A DNA stretch of 64,000 nucleotides from Mobula hypostoma. Taxonomy: Eukaryota. The stretch is taken from positions 105,030,001-105,094,000 of the forward strand of contig NC_086108.1 of the NCBI RefSeq assembly GCF_963921235.1. Reading direction: 5' to 3'. Below are positions 27,552 through 41,136 of this stretch, piece by piece. Position numbers and translations under genes: made by a program. The notes below the pieces were generated by a model. The model was not told where the DNA came from. It saw only the letters and a list, made by a program, of their open reading frames with translations, and made no database searches. Within the stretch, counting starts at the first letter, position 1; every line of letters starts with the position of its first letter.

Positions 27552-30002
27552 ACTTCTGCTGGCAGCTCTTTCCACAATCTCACAACAGTCTGAGTGAAGA
27601 TGTTTCCCCCAATGTTCCCCTTTAGCATTTCACCTTTCACCCTTAATCTATGATCTCCAGTTCTATTCCCTCCTGCCTGCTTGCACTTAACCAAACTATT
27701 TATTTGATCATAATGTGCTGTGTCGTATGACATAGACATTCATGATCTTTCCATAACCCTGGTTGTTCTTAATAACTATTTCTACAGAAGTGGTTTGCCA
27801 TTGCCTTCTTCTGGGCAGTGTCTTTATAAGACGGGTGATCTCAGCCATTATCAATACTCTTCAGAGATTGCCTGCCTGGCATCAGTGGATGCATAACCAG
27901 GGTTTGTGATATGCACTAGCTGCTGATAGAACTATCCACTACCTGATCCCGTGGCTTCTGACCTTGATTGGGGTGGGGGATGGTGTCTAAGCAGGTGCTA
28001 CCCCTTGCCCAAGGGTGATCTGCAGACTAGTGGGGGGAAGGAGTGTCTTACACCTTCTTTGGTAGAAACTTATCTCCACCCCACCACCCTACCCTATCTA
28101 TACTCCTCTTAATTTTGTATGCCTCTATCAAATTTCCCCTCATTCTCCTATGTCCCAGGGAGTCAAGTCTGAACTTATTCAACTTTATCTATTGGGTAAT
28201 AGTTTATCTGTAACATTTCCTTAGAATGACAGACTGCCACACTACTGCAAAGAACCATGCAGTACAGTATAACATCTGTTCACCCATTGATGATATTACG
28301 CAGTTATTCCTGAACTTGGTTGTCAGAGGCTATTTGAGGTGTTTGCCATTGGGAGAATTTGATAGGTAGTGGGAGCTTGTCCCCCTTGGCCATAATAACC
28401 TTCACGTTTGGTTTAGCTACTAAGCCTGGTGGAATCATTTCTACTGCCAAGAGAAAGGCAAAGGTGTGTTACTGGCACCCTAAATCCAGGTGCTTCAGGT
28501 GAATGGGTCTTGTCAGCCGTGGATCTAGAGGAAATCTCTGATCTCAAACCTCCATTGCCTTGCGGATATACCCACTCATGGGGAAGGCTTCGTGTGTGAA
28601 CCCTGATCTGGAGCTGGAGATTCTAAGGCAGCCCTTCACTGAGTTCAATGCTGACTGGCAACTTCTGCAAATGCCGCTGGTGCCAAACTTTTTCGGTCTC
28701 TACCCTTCCTTTGGATTCACCAGCTGCTGGAGGCGTGAGCCTGTAACAGCATGCTGTCCATTTTGTACTGCCCTGGCTTGCATATCAGGACAGCGAGGAT
28801 GCAGTGTCCATGGTCAACCCTGACTGGTGGAAGCCTTGCTCACTCACAACTATTCCTAATACACCACCCTTAATGGGTTAAATATTGATAGAGAGGAGGT
28901 GTTAGTAAGGCTGGTTCTGCTCTGATTGGACAAATATTCTGGTGCAGATGTGGTACATCTCAGTTTGTGAGGCATCTTACAGAGTTTCCATCCACAGTTT
29001 ATGAATATTTAATTTGGTAAGTTGTGTTATTATTGTCACATGTACCAAGGTGGATTGATAAACTTGTCTTGCATACCGATCCATACAAATCAAATTATTG
29101 CACAGTGTGTGAGGAAGTACAAGGAAAGGCAAGAACAGAATGCAGAGTAAAATAGAACAGCTAAACCGTGCATTGTAAGCAGACAAGAAGGTACAAGGCC
29201 ATAACAAGGTAGCTGCGAGGTCAGGTGCATCTTTTGTACCAGGGAACTGTTCGATAGGCTTATAACAGTGGGGTAGAAGCTGTCCTCGAGCCTGGTGATT
29301 GTCCAAGGTGATAACAAGGGAGATTGTGAGGTCAAAATTCTTATTGCACTAGGGAAACATTCAATAGTCTCCTAGCATTAGGATAGAAGCTGTCCTTGAG
29401 CTGGGAGGTACTTGCTTTCAGCCTTCTAATGGGAAAGGATGAATATATAATTCCTTCGTGGGTGGGATCTATAAATACGCTGGCTTCTTTACTGAGGCAG
29501 TGAGAAGTGTAGACAGAGACATAGAGGGGAGGCTGGTTCCTGTGATGTGCTGAGCTGTGTTCACAGCTCTTTGCAGTCTCTTCCGCTCACGGGCAGGTAC
29601 AGAGTAGAAGTCTGAACATTGAAAAATTGCAAATGTAAAAACCTTTTACTGTCAAGGTAAACTTAGTAACTATAACCAGTCACCTTAACATGGAGGGTCA
29701 AGTTCAAGAAACAATAACTGGGATGGAATTAGCAATCAGAACCAAATTTGGCTTGGTTAGAAAAATCTTAGTTACTTACACTTTGTGCCTTGTGGTGCAT
29801 CAGGAAGCAACCTTGCCATTTCTTTAGCATTTGACTTTTTTTTAAATGAGGCCAAGTTGCTAGCTTGAAGCTCCACCCAGCACAGATGGAAAGCGTGTAA
29901 GGAGCCGGGCAGATTTGCAATCGGGACCACTGGCCTCAAAGTCCAGTGCGGATGCCACTATGCCACCAGCTGGCTTAGGACAATCTAGTCTGGAATTATT
30001 GA

Positions 30003-30541
30003 TGTAACCCTCAGGTTCTGTTGGCTGTGTAAGTCTGGGGAAGACAATCTCCGGCCCCGACAAACGTGTGAGATTAAGATGCGAGCCCAACCCGAAACCC
30101 CCGTTTGTGTGGATGCTGCGTGACTTGTTACCCTGTTACAAATCAGTACCCAGAAATAACAGGCAGTACATCACATACAATTAAACAATTTAGCTTTATA
30201 ATTCTTAATTTGACTACAGGGTTAGTGAAGGAAAAGCAAAGGGCACATTTTAACGAAACAGTCTAACGTGCACAAGTTGGAGCTCATGGTTTCCCCTTTC
30301 CCGATCCTCCTTCGATCTCCTCACCCTCCGTTGGGTCATGGCTCTGCTCCGCCATCTTCTCTTCATCTCCCGCTGAACAAAAGACCCAGATCACCCTGGT
30401 GTCGGGCACGCGGCACGAAAACTCCCTCCCGTCATTGGACGGCTCACATTCCAAAGCACCCGTCACCTCTAACTATAATCCAAACACCACTTCTACAGAA
30501 AGACCAATACATTTGCGGTGAAACCTTTCCCAGGGTGTTAA
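30003..30541. mobile_element. Probable solo LTR
   Basis: TGTAAC...TGTTA(c)A termini flanked by ATTGA/GTTGA, and CpG-richer than its surroundings. Confidence 0.55.
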
Positions 30542-30604
30542 GTTGATATAAACTAGGTTTCGAGTTCAAGATTCAATAAAGATAATTTTCATTCTTCAGT
30601 ACAA

Positions 30605-31590
30605 TTGAATTGAATTGACGCTATTACTCTCATCCTTCATAAAGAGTAAAAATCTTTACGTTACGTCTCCATCTAAATGAGCAATGTGCAATTTATGGTA
30701 ATTTATAATAAATAGTATGTACAACAGGACAGTCAATATAACATAGAAATACAGTTGTGTCAGCATGAGTTAAGCAGTCTGATGGCCTGCTGGAAGAAGC
30801 TGTCCCGGAGCCTGTTGGTCTTGGATTTTATGCTGCTGTACTGTTTCCTGGATGGTCGCAGCCGGAACAGTTTGTGGTTGGGGGTGACTCAGGCTCTTTT
30901 TACACACCTGTCTTTGCAAATATCCTGAACAGTGGGAAGTTCATGTCTACAATGCACTGGGCTGTCCGCGCCTCTCTCTGCAGAGTCCTGTGATTAAGGG
31001 AGGTACAGTTCCCATACCAGGCAGTGATGCAGCCAGTTAGGATGTTCTCAATTGTGCCCCTGTAGAAAGTTATTAGGATTTGGGGACCCACACCAAACTT
31101 CTTCAAACGTCTGAGGTGAAAGAGGTGTTGTGCCTTTTTCACCGCACAGCCGGTATGTACGGACCACATGAGATCTTCGGTGATGTTTATGCCAAGGAAC
31201 TTAAAACTGTTTGCCCTCTCAACCCCAGATCCATTGATGTCAATAGGGGTTAGCCTGTCTCCATTCCTCCTGTAGTCCACAACCAGCTCCTTTGTTTTTG
31301 CCACATTGCGACAGAGGTTGTTTTCTTGGCACCACTGTGTCAGGGTGATGACTTCCTCTCTGTAAACTGCCTCATTATTATTGAGATTAGGCCAATCAGT
31401 GTAGTGTCGTCAGAAAATTTAATTAGCAGATTGGAGCTGTGAGTGGCGACACAGTCATAGGTATACAGAGAGGAAGGGATGGGGCTTAGGACATAGCTCT
31501 GAGGGGCACTTGTGTTGAGGGTCAAGGGGAGGAGGTGAGGGAGCCTATTCTTACCATTTGCCAGCCATCTAATAGGAAGTCCAGGGTCCA
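30605..31590 (-). mobile_element. Rex/Babar-type LINE 3' fragment
   Basis: IKFSDDTTLIGLI, KTKELVVDYRR and KKAQHLFHLRRLKKF. A sister copy lies at 35724-36529. Confidence 0.85.
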
Positions 31591-31729
31591 AAAGTGTAAA
31601 GGAGAACAAAATGCTTATTCCGATCTGATATGAAATTTAAAATAATAAGGGCAAGGAACACAATTAAAAAACAAAATAAATAGAAATATAAAAGCAATCC
31701 TATAGAAGTTCTATTCAAAAGTTTCAAAG

Positions 31730-32554
31730 GAGCATCTAAACAAGCCTGATGCATTTTGGAAACAAGTCCTGTGGACTGATGAAGTTAAAATATAACTTTT
31801 TTGGCTGCAATGAGCAAAGGTATGTTTGGAGAAAAAAGGGTGCAGAATTTTATGAAAAGAACACCTCTCCAACTGTTAAGCACGGGGGTGGGTTGATCAT
31901 GCTTTGGGCTTGTGTTACAGCCAATGGCACAGGGAACATTTACTGGTAGAGGGAAGAATGAAATACCAGCAAATTCTGGAAGCAAACATCACACCGTTTG
32001 TAAAAAAGCCGAAGATGAAAAGAGGATGGCTTCTACAACAGGATAATGAACCTAAACACACCTCAGAATCCACAATGGACTACCTCAAGAGGCGCAAGCT
32101 GAAGGTTTTGCCATGGCCCTCACAGTCCCCTGACCTAAACATCATCGAGAATCTGTGGATAGACCTCAAAAGAGCAGTGCATGCAATATGGCCCAAGAAT
32201 CTCACAGAACTAGAAGTCTTTTGCAAGGAAGAATGGGCGAAAATCCCCCAAACAAGAATTGAAAGACTCTTAGCTGGCTACAGAAAGCATTTACAAGCTG
32301 TGATACTTGCCAAAGGGGGTGTTACTAAGTACTGACCATGCAGGGTGCCCAAACTTTTGCTTCGGGCCCTTTTCCTTTTTTGTTATTTTGAAACTGTTAA
32401 AGATGGAAATAAAAAAGTTTTCTTTCTTAAAATATTACAGAAATGTGTCATCTTTAACTTTATGCCTTTGGGAAATCAGTTCATCTTTTACTCGCTTAGC
32501 TATTCACAGTAACAGAAATTTTGACCGGGGTGCCCAAACTTTTGCATGCCACTG
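31730..32554 (+). mobile_element. Tc1 (DD34E) transposon, 3' half with right TIR
   Basis: VLWTDE, then QQDNEPKH-(34 aa)-WPSQSPDLNIIE. Ends ...CACTG|TA, with inner and outer direct repeats gggtgcccaaacttttgc at 32343 and 32528 (IR/DR type). Confidence 0.93.
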
Positions 32555-33291
32555 TATCTTATGGTCTTATAATGTAGGATTTAGAGGCAGACATGCGGGG
32601 GAGTTAGAAGTCAGACTGGAGTCTAGGCCTCTGAGGATAGTAAGTAGAAAATCTCCCTCATTGTAGTCATTCATTCCAATTTCCTCCCCTCTTTCCCTAC
32701 ATTAGATTAGATGTTTATTGCCACGTACACCAGGGAGCAATGAAATTCCTTCTTGACATGAAGCTTATAAAATAAACAGTACGCATGGCAATGATAAATA
32801 CAACAATATATACTCAAAATATTCAAAGATTCAAAGTCAATATATTATCCAAATACAAATATGTCACCATATACTACCCTGAGATTCATCTTCTTTCAGG
32901 CATTTACAGTAGGACAGAGAAATACAATGGAATCAATGAAAAGCTGCACATAAAAAAAGATTGTCAAACAACCAACGTGCAAAAAAAAAAGATCTTTTTG
33001 AAGCAGTGCGAAAGAAATACGGCGCCGAGTGCGGAAGAACAGAATAGCCCAAAGACTGTGGTGCAGTCTGAAGTAGTACAAAAAGAAATATTGCAGTGAC
33101 AATTACAGAATAAACGAGAGCAGTAGTGTTAAGGGTTCAAGAACGTGGCAGCACCACTGGGTTAGGGTATGTGAAAGCGGTAACTGGTTCACGAGTCTGA
33201 TAGCAGTGAGGAAGAAGCCGTTCTTGAGTTGGGCTGTTTGGACTTTCCACTTCCTGTCTCTTCTCCCAAAAGATAGAAGAGGAAAAAAGGT

Positions 33292-33325
33292 GTCCTGATG
33301 AAGGGTCTTGGCCCGAAACGTCGAC
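33292..33325 (+). ncRNA. Minimal type I hammerhead ribozyme motif (Penelope terminal repeat)
   Basis: GUC-CUGAUGA-A-GGGUC(UU)GGCCC-GAAA-CGUC^GAC: intact core, stem II, palindromic ACGU stem III and a 3-bp stem I. Confidence 0.7.
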
Positions 33326-34869
33326 TGTTCATTCATTTCCATAGATGTTACCTGACCTGCTGTGTTCCCCCAACATTTTGTGTGTATTGCTCTGGAGTTC
33401 CACCATCTACTCAATCTCTTGTGTTCAGAGTGAAGACAGAATGGCCAGGGTGACAGCCATCCTTGATGGTACTGTCAGCCTTGCCAGAGCAACGCACTGT
33501 GTTTTTTAATGACAATATGTACCCATATTTCATCTTTGCCTTCAGACCTTACAAAGAATAAAATAGTGAGTACACGACATACAGAATGCTGCCTCCCAAA
33601 GTCCAACCCTACATCCCCATTGTGAGAGGTGGAAACAGGTAAGGCTGGCCAACAGGTCTCTCGTGAAGCTGCATAGGCCAACCCCTTGTACAGTGAATGC
33701 AATGGATTTTTGAAGCGTTGATAAACTCCAACCATACCATCAACTTCAGAGAACAACAGAGACAGGAAGTCATCAATGGCCTACGCTCTGTTTAGGAGTT
33801 GGGGGCCCAAGTAAGTAAATACGCACAAAATGCTGGAGGAACTCAGCGAGTCAGCAGCATCTGTGGAGAGGAATAAACAGTTGACATTTCAGGCTGAGCC
33901 TCTTCATCAAGAGTGCTGACGAAGGTACTCGGTCTGAAACTTCATGAGTCCTGAGGAAGCAATTTGGCCAGAGACTTCAACTTTTTGGTCCTCTCCATAG
34001 ATGCTGCCTGACCTGCTGAGTTCCTCCAGTATTTAGTATGTATTTCTCTGGCAGCTACAGGATCTCATGTGTTTAGGTTTGAAAAAGCATTCTTCATGGA
34101 AATAAAATCAGAGATCTTGCCCCACGTCAAGTTGTAAACATGGGCATAAGGCAGCACAATTCCGAATCTGATGCAAATAGAAATACTCGGGAAGTATTGA
34201 GGGACGAACTAAATTTCAACAAACCACAATTAATAATTAACTTGAAATCCCTGCTGAACAACACCCTCTGCAGAGAAGGAAGATACCGTCCAGTAGGAAA
34301 TGTATTCTCTCCTTTTCATCCACAGCTGTTGGTTGTAGGAACAGACGTTTTGTATTCATGCAGTCATGAATCATTACTACCAATCCCCTGAAGATTTACT
34401 CAGCTTTACAGATGGGCTGCCCAACTGGGACTGTGCCCTAAATTTACATGCAAATTTAAGAATGGTATAGCTGTGCAATTCCTCGGAATTGTCAGATCTG
34501 CTGATATTGATTCACAGGTTCTTCAGAAGTCAAGAATAAGGCATAAAAGCTTGTTTTCTTAAGTGTTACAAAAACAAAGAATGAACAAGGAAAGAAGAAG
34601 AACAAAGAGGTTGTGGTTGTTTAATACTAAAAACTAGCTCAGACTGGACAGTTAAAGGACAGTCCAGTGATAAGAGGAGAGCTATGAAACAGTCAGGCTC
34701 AGTGGTGTGATATAGGCTGCAAAGAAATATCTCATTCAACTTCGCTTGTCCCATCACTGAACTGTTCCCACAACCTATGGTTTCACTTTCAAGGACTCTT
34801 CATTTCATGTTCTTGATATTTATTGCATATTTATTTATATTAATAATAATCATCATTATTATCATCTTC

Positions 34870-37390
34870 ATCAAAATAAATATCAAAATAAACCGAGGAA
34901 TTTTCCAAGTTGATTCTCTAAGTCCACAATGGCTCTGTTTAGCTTCAAATCCACTCTCTAACTTACTGAATTGGACTTAAATTGGGTATCAAATCAGAAA
35001 CAATGAAATGACCTATATCTTAACACACCTTTGAAATATGAAATTGTATTTGAAATATTTCAAATTGTATGCTCCTTCATCAGTTAAGCTCAAGCAATTA
35101 ATTCAAATAGTAGAACTATTTTTGAAAGATATAAGAATGAACTTTAGACTGGATAAATGCAGAACATTAAATACAGAGAAAGGTGCAACAGGGCTAATAG
35201 AATACAAAGCAGAGCAGCAGGATACAATACAAATGATGGATGAATGTGAAACATATACGTATATGGGATAGCAAAAATCAAACAAAATAGAACATAGTGC
35301 AATTATAAGAAAAACTTTTAACAGAATTTACTTCAAGGCTTAAGAAAATCTGCCAAACAGAGCTCAAGAGTAAAAATATAACAAAGAGAATAATCACATT
35401 TGCTATACCTATATTAACATTTCTTGGCATAATATCTAGGTCCGAAGTTGATCTGGAAAATTTACAAAGGAAAATAAGAACGGATATGACAAATTTCAGA
35501 AAACTTTATGTATATTCAAATGAGCTCACATTAACACTACCAAGAACAGAAGGGGAAAGAGGAATTACAGACATTAAAAATTTACACAACAGTCAGATAA
35601 AACTTCGAAAGATATACTTTTATCGAACAGGCATCAGCACTCCATGCAATCATACACAATTTCAATAAGAAATTTTCACCATAAGCTTAAATGAGCACAA
35701 CCCAGAAAAATGAAGATATTGAATTAAATTGAATTGACTTTATTTCTTACATCCTTCCATACATGAGGAGTAAAAATCTGTACGTTACGTCTCCATCTCT
35801 ATGTGCAATGTGCAAATTATAGTAAATTGTAATAAATGGTATGTACAACAGGACAGTCAATATAGCTTAGAAATGCAATTGCATCAGCATGAATTAATCA
35901 GACTGATGGCCTGGTGGAAGAAGCTGTCTCAGAGCCTGTTGGTCTTGGCTTTAAAGCTGCGGTACCATTTCCCGGGTGGTAGCAGCTGGAACAGTTTGTG
36001 GTTGGGGGTGATTCAGGTCCCCAATGATCCTCCAGGCCCTTTTTACGCACTTGTCTCTGTAAATGTCCTGAATACTGGGAAGTTCACATCTACATGTGCA
36101 CTGGGCTGTCAGCAGTACTCTCTGCAGAGTCCTGCAATTGAGGGAAGTACTTTTCCCATGCCAAGCAGTAATACAGCAGTCAGGATGTCTCAATTGTGCC
36201 CCTGTAGAAAGTCCTTTGGATTTTGGGGACATGCTGAACTTCTTCAACTGTTTGAGGTGAAAGAGGTGCTGTTGTGCTTTTTTCATCACACAGCCGGTAT
36301 GTACAGATTAAGTGAGATCCTCGGTGATTTGTATACCGAGGAACTTGAAGATGTTCACACACTGAACTCCAAATCTATTGATGTCAATAGAGGTGAACCC
36401 ATCTCCATTCTTCCTGCAGTCCACAACCAGCTCCTTTGTTTTTGCCACATTGAGGGAGAGGTTGTTTTCTTGACACCACTGTGTCAGGGTGATGACTTCT
36501 TCTCTGTAGGCCACCTTCAATATTATCACTATTGAAGAAAAAGTTAATCAATGAAAGAACATGACCTTCCATGGAAGACATCCGTATGACCTGAGCAGAC
36601 TAAATGTCGACAAGGAAGTGTTGAAAGCCTGGCTCAGAGTTGTTCCCGGAAACAGAAGGGGTCCTTAAGGCAATACAGGGCCAGGTGGTTAGCACAAAAA
36701 AAAATCAAAAATAATTTATAAGAGACCGACAAATTCAAGATGATAAATATAGAAAATGCCAAAGAAAACCAGAAACAATCCAATCTTTACAGGATCCTAC
36801 AGCAATTTAACTCAGTCTGATTACTTTCACAGTCACAATCAAGTGGCAAACATCTTTCATCAAAATCTTACTTGAAAATACAAGCTCATAAATGAAGTTA
36901 TATCTTATTATAAATACAAGCCTGTTCCAGTTTTAGAGTCAGAACACCCCAAATTATATTATGACCAATGAGTTATTACAGATAGGACAATCCATAAGTA
37001 CCATCTGGATATAATAATACAGGATAAACAAGCATGAACAAATTATTTAATAGATATAGTCATTCCAAACACACGTAACTTTACAGAAATCAATAAGTGA
37101 GAAACACCAGAAATATGCTGAATGAAAAGAGGAAATTGAAAGAGAACATGAACAAGGTATACATTGTCCCGATATTAATATCTACAACTGGTGCCTTCCA
37201 AAGGCAAAAAACACAATAGCATTAAGCAATTAGGGCTACACAGCAACATATATGTACATCTTCCAAAAGCCATAATATTAAACACCAATAGTCCAAAGGT
37301 TCTTGGAATTGACAAATGAGTGTGCTTGGTTATGCCCTTACCTCAGGTTTTACCAGCTTGAGCTGAGAAAAAAATAAATAACAATAATAA
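34870..37390 (+). mobile_element. Degenerate R4/Dong-like (restriction-like endonuclease) LINE, interrupted by 35724-36529
   Basis: RGIFQVDSLSP, LDKCRT, LTLPRTEGERGI, and a C-terminal (P)DIII..IDI(V/A)IP motif with a (taa)n tail. Confidence 0.75.
35724..36529 (-). mobile_element. Rex/Babar-type LINE fragment
   Basis: WCQENNLSLNVAKTKELVVD, with TSD TATTGAA (35717-23, 36530-36). Confidence 0.85.
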
Positions 37391-37559
37391 TAATCCCATA
37401 ATTATAAACAAAGCCCAGCAGAAAAGCAGAAATCTTTCATGTTGCTATATTGACTTTATTAAAATGTATTCACTTAAGGGATATGGGCGTCATCAGCCAT
37501 GCCAGGATTTATTGCCCATCCCTGGACTACTAAAAGACATTTGACTCTGTTCCACACTC

Positions 37560-39785
37560 ATGGTTTATAGAAGAATAGAAGATGGGGCAGTGGGTGCCCA
37601 AGTAGAGACAGCTTGTAGGGAGTTTGTGAGGAAGGATAAGCAGATGATAGAGCAAAGATGCACTCAGCCTGATGGTTTGAGATGTGCCTATTTTAATGCA
37701 AGGAGTATCGTAAGCAAGTCAGGTGAATTTAGATCGTGGATTAATATGTGGAATTATGATGTTGTGGCCATTACAGAGACTTGGACGTCTCAGGGGTAGG
37801 AATGGCTGCTGACCGTACCGGGATTTAGATGCTTCAAAAAGAACAGGGAGGAAGGCAAAAGAGGTTGGGGAGTGGCATTGCTAATCATGGATAGTATCAC
37901 GGCTGTAGGAAAGGAGGAAGTCATGGAGGGATTGTCTATTGAGTCATTGTGGGTGGAAGTCAGAAACAGGAAGGGGGCAAAAACTCAGTTGGGTGTTTTT
38001 ATAGACCCCCCAATAGTAACAGAGATATTGAAGAGCAGATAGGGAGGCAGATTCTGGAAAGGTGCTGTAATAATAGGGTTGTTGTGATGGGTGATTTTAA
38101 CTTTCCTAATATTGACTGGCATCTCCTGAGAACAAGGGGTTTAGATAGAGTGGAATTTGTTAGGTGTATTCAGGAAGGTTTCCTGGCATAATATCTAGCT
38201 AAGCCAACGAGAGGAGGGGCTGTACCTGATCTGGTATTGGGAAATGAGCCTGGTCAGGTGTCAGGTCTCTCAGTGGGAGAGCATTTTGCAGATAGTGATC
38301 ACAATTCTACCTCCTTTACCATAGTGCTGGAGAGGGATAAGAGCAGACAATTAGGCAGGAACTTGGGAACATAAGTTGGGAGCAGATGTACTCAGGGAAA
38401 TGCATGGCAGAAATGTGGCAAATGTCAGGGAACATTCACATGGCATTCTGCATAGGTATGTTCCATTGAGGCACGGAAAGGATGGTCGGGTAAAAGAACC
38501 ATGGTGTACAAAGGATGTAGAAAATCTAGTGAAGAAGAAAAGAAAAGCTTATGAAAGGCTCAAGAAACTAGGTACTGGCAGTTGTGGTTGATGACTTACA
38601 GTGGACTGAAATGCTTGAATGTATAGACATTAAGAAAAAAGATGTGCTGGAGCTTTTGTAAGGTATAAGTTAGACAAGTCACCAGGACCGGATGAGATAG
38701 AAACATAGAAACATAGAAAACCTATAGCACAATACAGGCCCTTCGGCCCACAAAGTTGTGCCGAACATGTCCCTACCTTAGAAACTACTAGGCTTACTCT
38801 CTATTTTTCTAAGCTCCATGTATCTATCCAAAAGTCTCTTAAAAGACCCTATCGTATCCGCAGATATATCTCAGGCTACTGTCGGAAGCAAGGGAGGGGA
38901 TTACTGCGCCTCTGGTGATGACCTTTACACCACAATAGGGATGGGAGAAGTACCAGAGGATTGGAGGATTGCAAGTGTTGTTCCCTCGTTCAAGAAAGAG
39001 AGTGGACATAACACAGGACGTTATAGACCAGTGATTCTGACTTCAGTGGTGGGCAAGTTGTTGGAGAAAATCCTGAGAGGCAGGATTTATGAGCATTTGG
39101 AGAGATAATCTGATTAGGGATAGTCAGCGTGGCTTTGTCAAGGGCAAGTCATGCCTTATGAACCTGAATGAATTATTTGAGGATGTAACAAAACATACTG
39201 ATGAATGCAGACCAGTTGATGTAGTGTATACAGATTTCAGTAAGGCATTTGATAAAGATCCCCCATGCAAGGTGTCATGGTCCGGTCTGACAATTCCCCA
39301 TCCTGCTATTATCCCATTGATTGGGCCTTATTCCCCTCAGCTGATTTCCAATTGCTCCCAGTTCCATTAATTACAGCACACCTGGTTTCCATCAGGGAAT
39401 GCAGGATAAGAACCCTGATGTCACAGCAATGAGTTGCCAGTTTATTAGTCAGTTCTAGTGTGTGTAAACCTTGTTTTCTGATCTCTTAGGACTGTTAGTT
39501 CCTAGCTCCGCACCATTCCCTGGATAGTCTACGTGAACCTTGTCTCCGAGTCAAGACTTTCTTGGGTATCTGCTCCATGTTTGCGACTGTGCTAGCACTT
39601 CTCGACCCTGCCTCCATGCCTGTGTCCTGCGCTTGGGTTCGTCCTCAGTCATGTCCTTGCAACACAAGGCTCATTCAGAAAGTATTGAGACATGGGATTC
39701 AAGGAGACCTTGTGTTGTGGATCCAGAAGTGGCTAGCCCACTGAAGGCAAAGGGTGGTTGTAGATGGTTCATATTCTGAATGGAA
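37560..39785 (+). mobile_element. Degenerate CR1 LINE (APE endonuclease to RT) with nested inserts
   Basis: YFNARSI, VAITETW, YRPPN, MGDFNFPNIDW, YRPVILTSVVGK, YTDFSKAFDK. Confidence 0.9.
39273..39664. mobile_element. Solo LTR (392 bp)
   Basis: TG...CA termini with a perfect 5-bp TSD CAAGG. Its ends resemble the reverse complement of the ends of 16154-17011. Confidence 0.85.
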
Positions 39786-39787
39786 TA

Positions 39788-40240
39788 CAGTCCCAACACC
39801 AACTCCTGTGGAACCTCACTGGTAACCGGCAGCCAGCCAGAAGAGGATCCCTTTATTCCCACTCTGTTTTCTGCTGATCAGCCCATGCTAGTAACTCCCC
39901 TGTAATTCCATGGGCTCTTATTTTGCTAATCAGCCTCATGTACGGCACCTTGTCTAAGGCCTTCTGAAAATCCAAGTACACTACATCGACTGCATCTCCT
40001 TTGTCTACCCTGCTTGTAATTTCCTCAAAGAATTGCAGTAGGTTAGTCAGGTAGGATCTTCCTTTCAGGAAACCACGTTGGCTTTGGCCTATCTGGTCAT
40101 GTGCCTCCAGATATTCCGTAATCCCATCCCCAACAATCGATTCCAACAACTTCCCAACCACTGATGTCAGGTTAACTGGTCTATAGTTTCCTTTCTGCTG
40201 CCGCACACCCTTCTTAAATAGCAGAGTAACATTTTCCATT
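39788..40240 (-). mobile_element. CR1 RT fragment
   Basis: NYRPVNLTSVVGK..YLDFQKALDKVP, similar to 26480-26940. Confidence 0.88.
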
Positions 40241-41136
40241 TTCAGTAATAACGAATGAGCCATAAACAAGCAGGAACAACTTATTTAATAGATATAGCCA
40301 TTCCAAACACACACAACTTTCAGAAATCAATAAGTGAAAAAACACCAGAAATATGCTGAATTAAAAGAGGAAATTGAAAGCCTTTGGAACATGAACAAGG
40401 TATACATTATCCTGACAGTAATATCTACAGCTGGTGCCATTCGAAAGGCACTACACAATAACATTAAACAATTAGGGCTACACTTTAATATCTATGTATA
40501 TCTTTAGAAAACCACAATATTGAACACCACTACAATAGTCCAGAAGTTCCAAGCAATTGACAAATGACTGTGCTTGGTTATGTCCGTACCTCAGGTTTTA
40601 TCAGCTGGAGCTGAGAGAAAAAAATAATTGCACAAGAGCTAGAAGGAAGCCAGCCTAAAAACCACACAAGTAAATAATGAAGATGCAACTCACTGAATCA
40701 CTGAGGAAAATACGATTACTTAAACTGCATCACAATCAGACATTGACAGCAATAACACTGATCTAGAGCCTCCACAGAATGTGGAAGATGAAGCTGAGCT
40801 TCAGACAAAATTATCCTAATATTTAACACCACACTGACAGAATATATGGGCATTGACCTGGCAAGGATACCCTACATACCTAAACAAAATACATCATCAA
40901 AATTTTCAAAAATTGTTATTACTCTCAACAATATTATAATATCACAACATTTAGGAAAACTTGAAACATTTGAAGAACTACACTCAATAACCTACTGTGC
41001 AGCAATATCTGCAGTGCAGTGTAATGTCTCCAAAATAGAAGCACTCACGAATAGAAACTCAAAACTGAGTAATGAAATGAAAACACCAAAATGGCAGAAG
41101 AGATTAAAACATAAAATTGAAACATTAAGAGCATAA

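Noticed and set aside
37560..40240. Twin-priming inversion of one CR1
   Set aside because: The two oppositely oriented pieces cover the same RT region and differ in sequence, so they are independent insertions.
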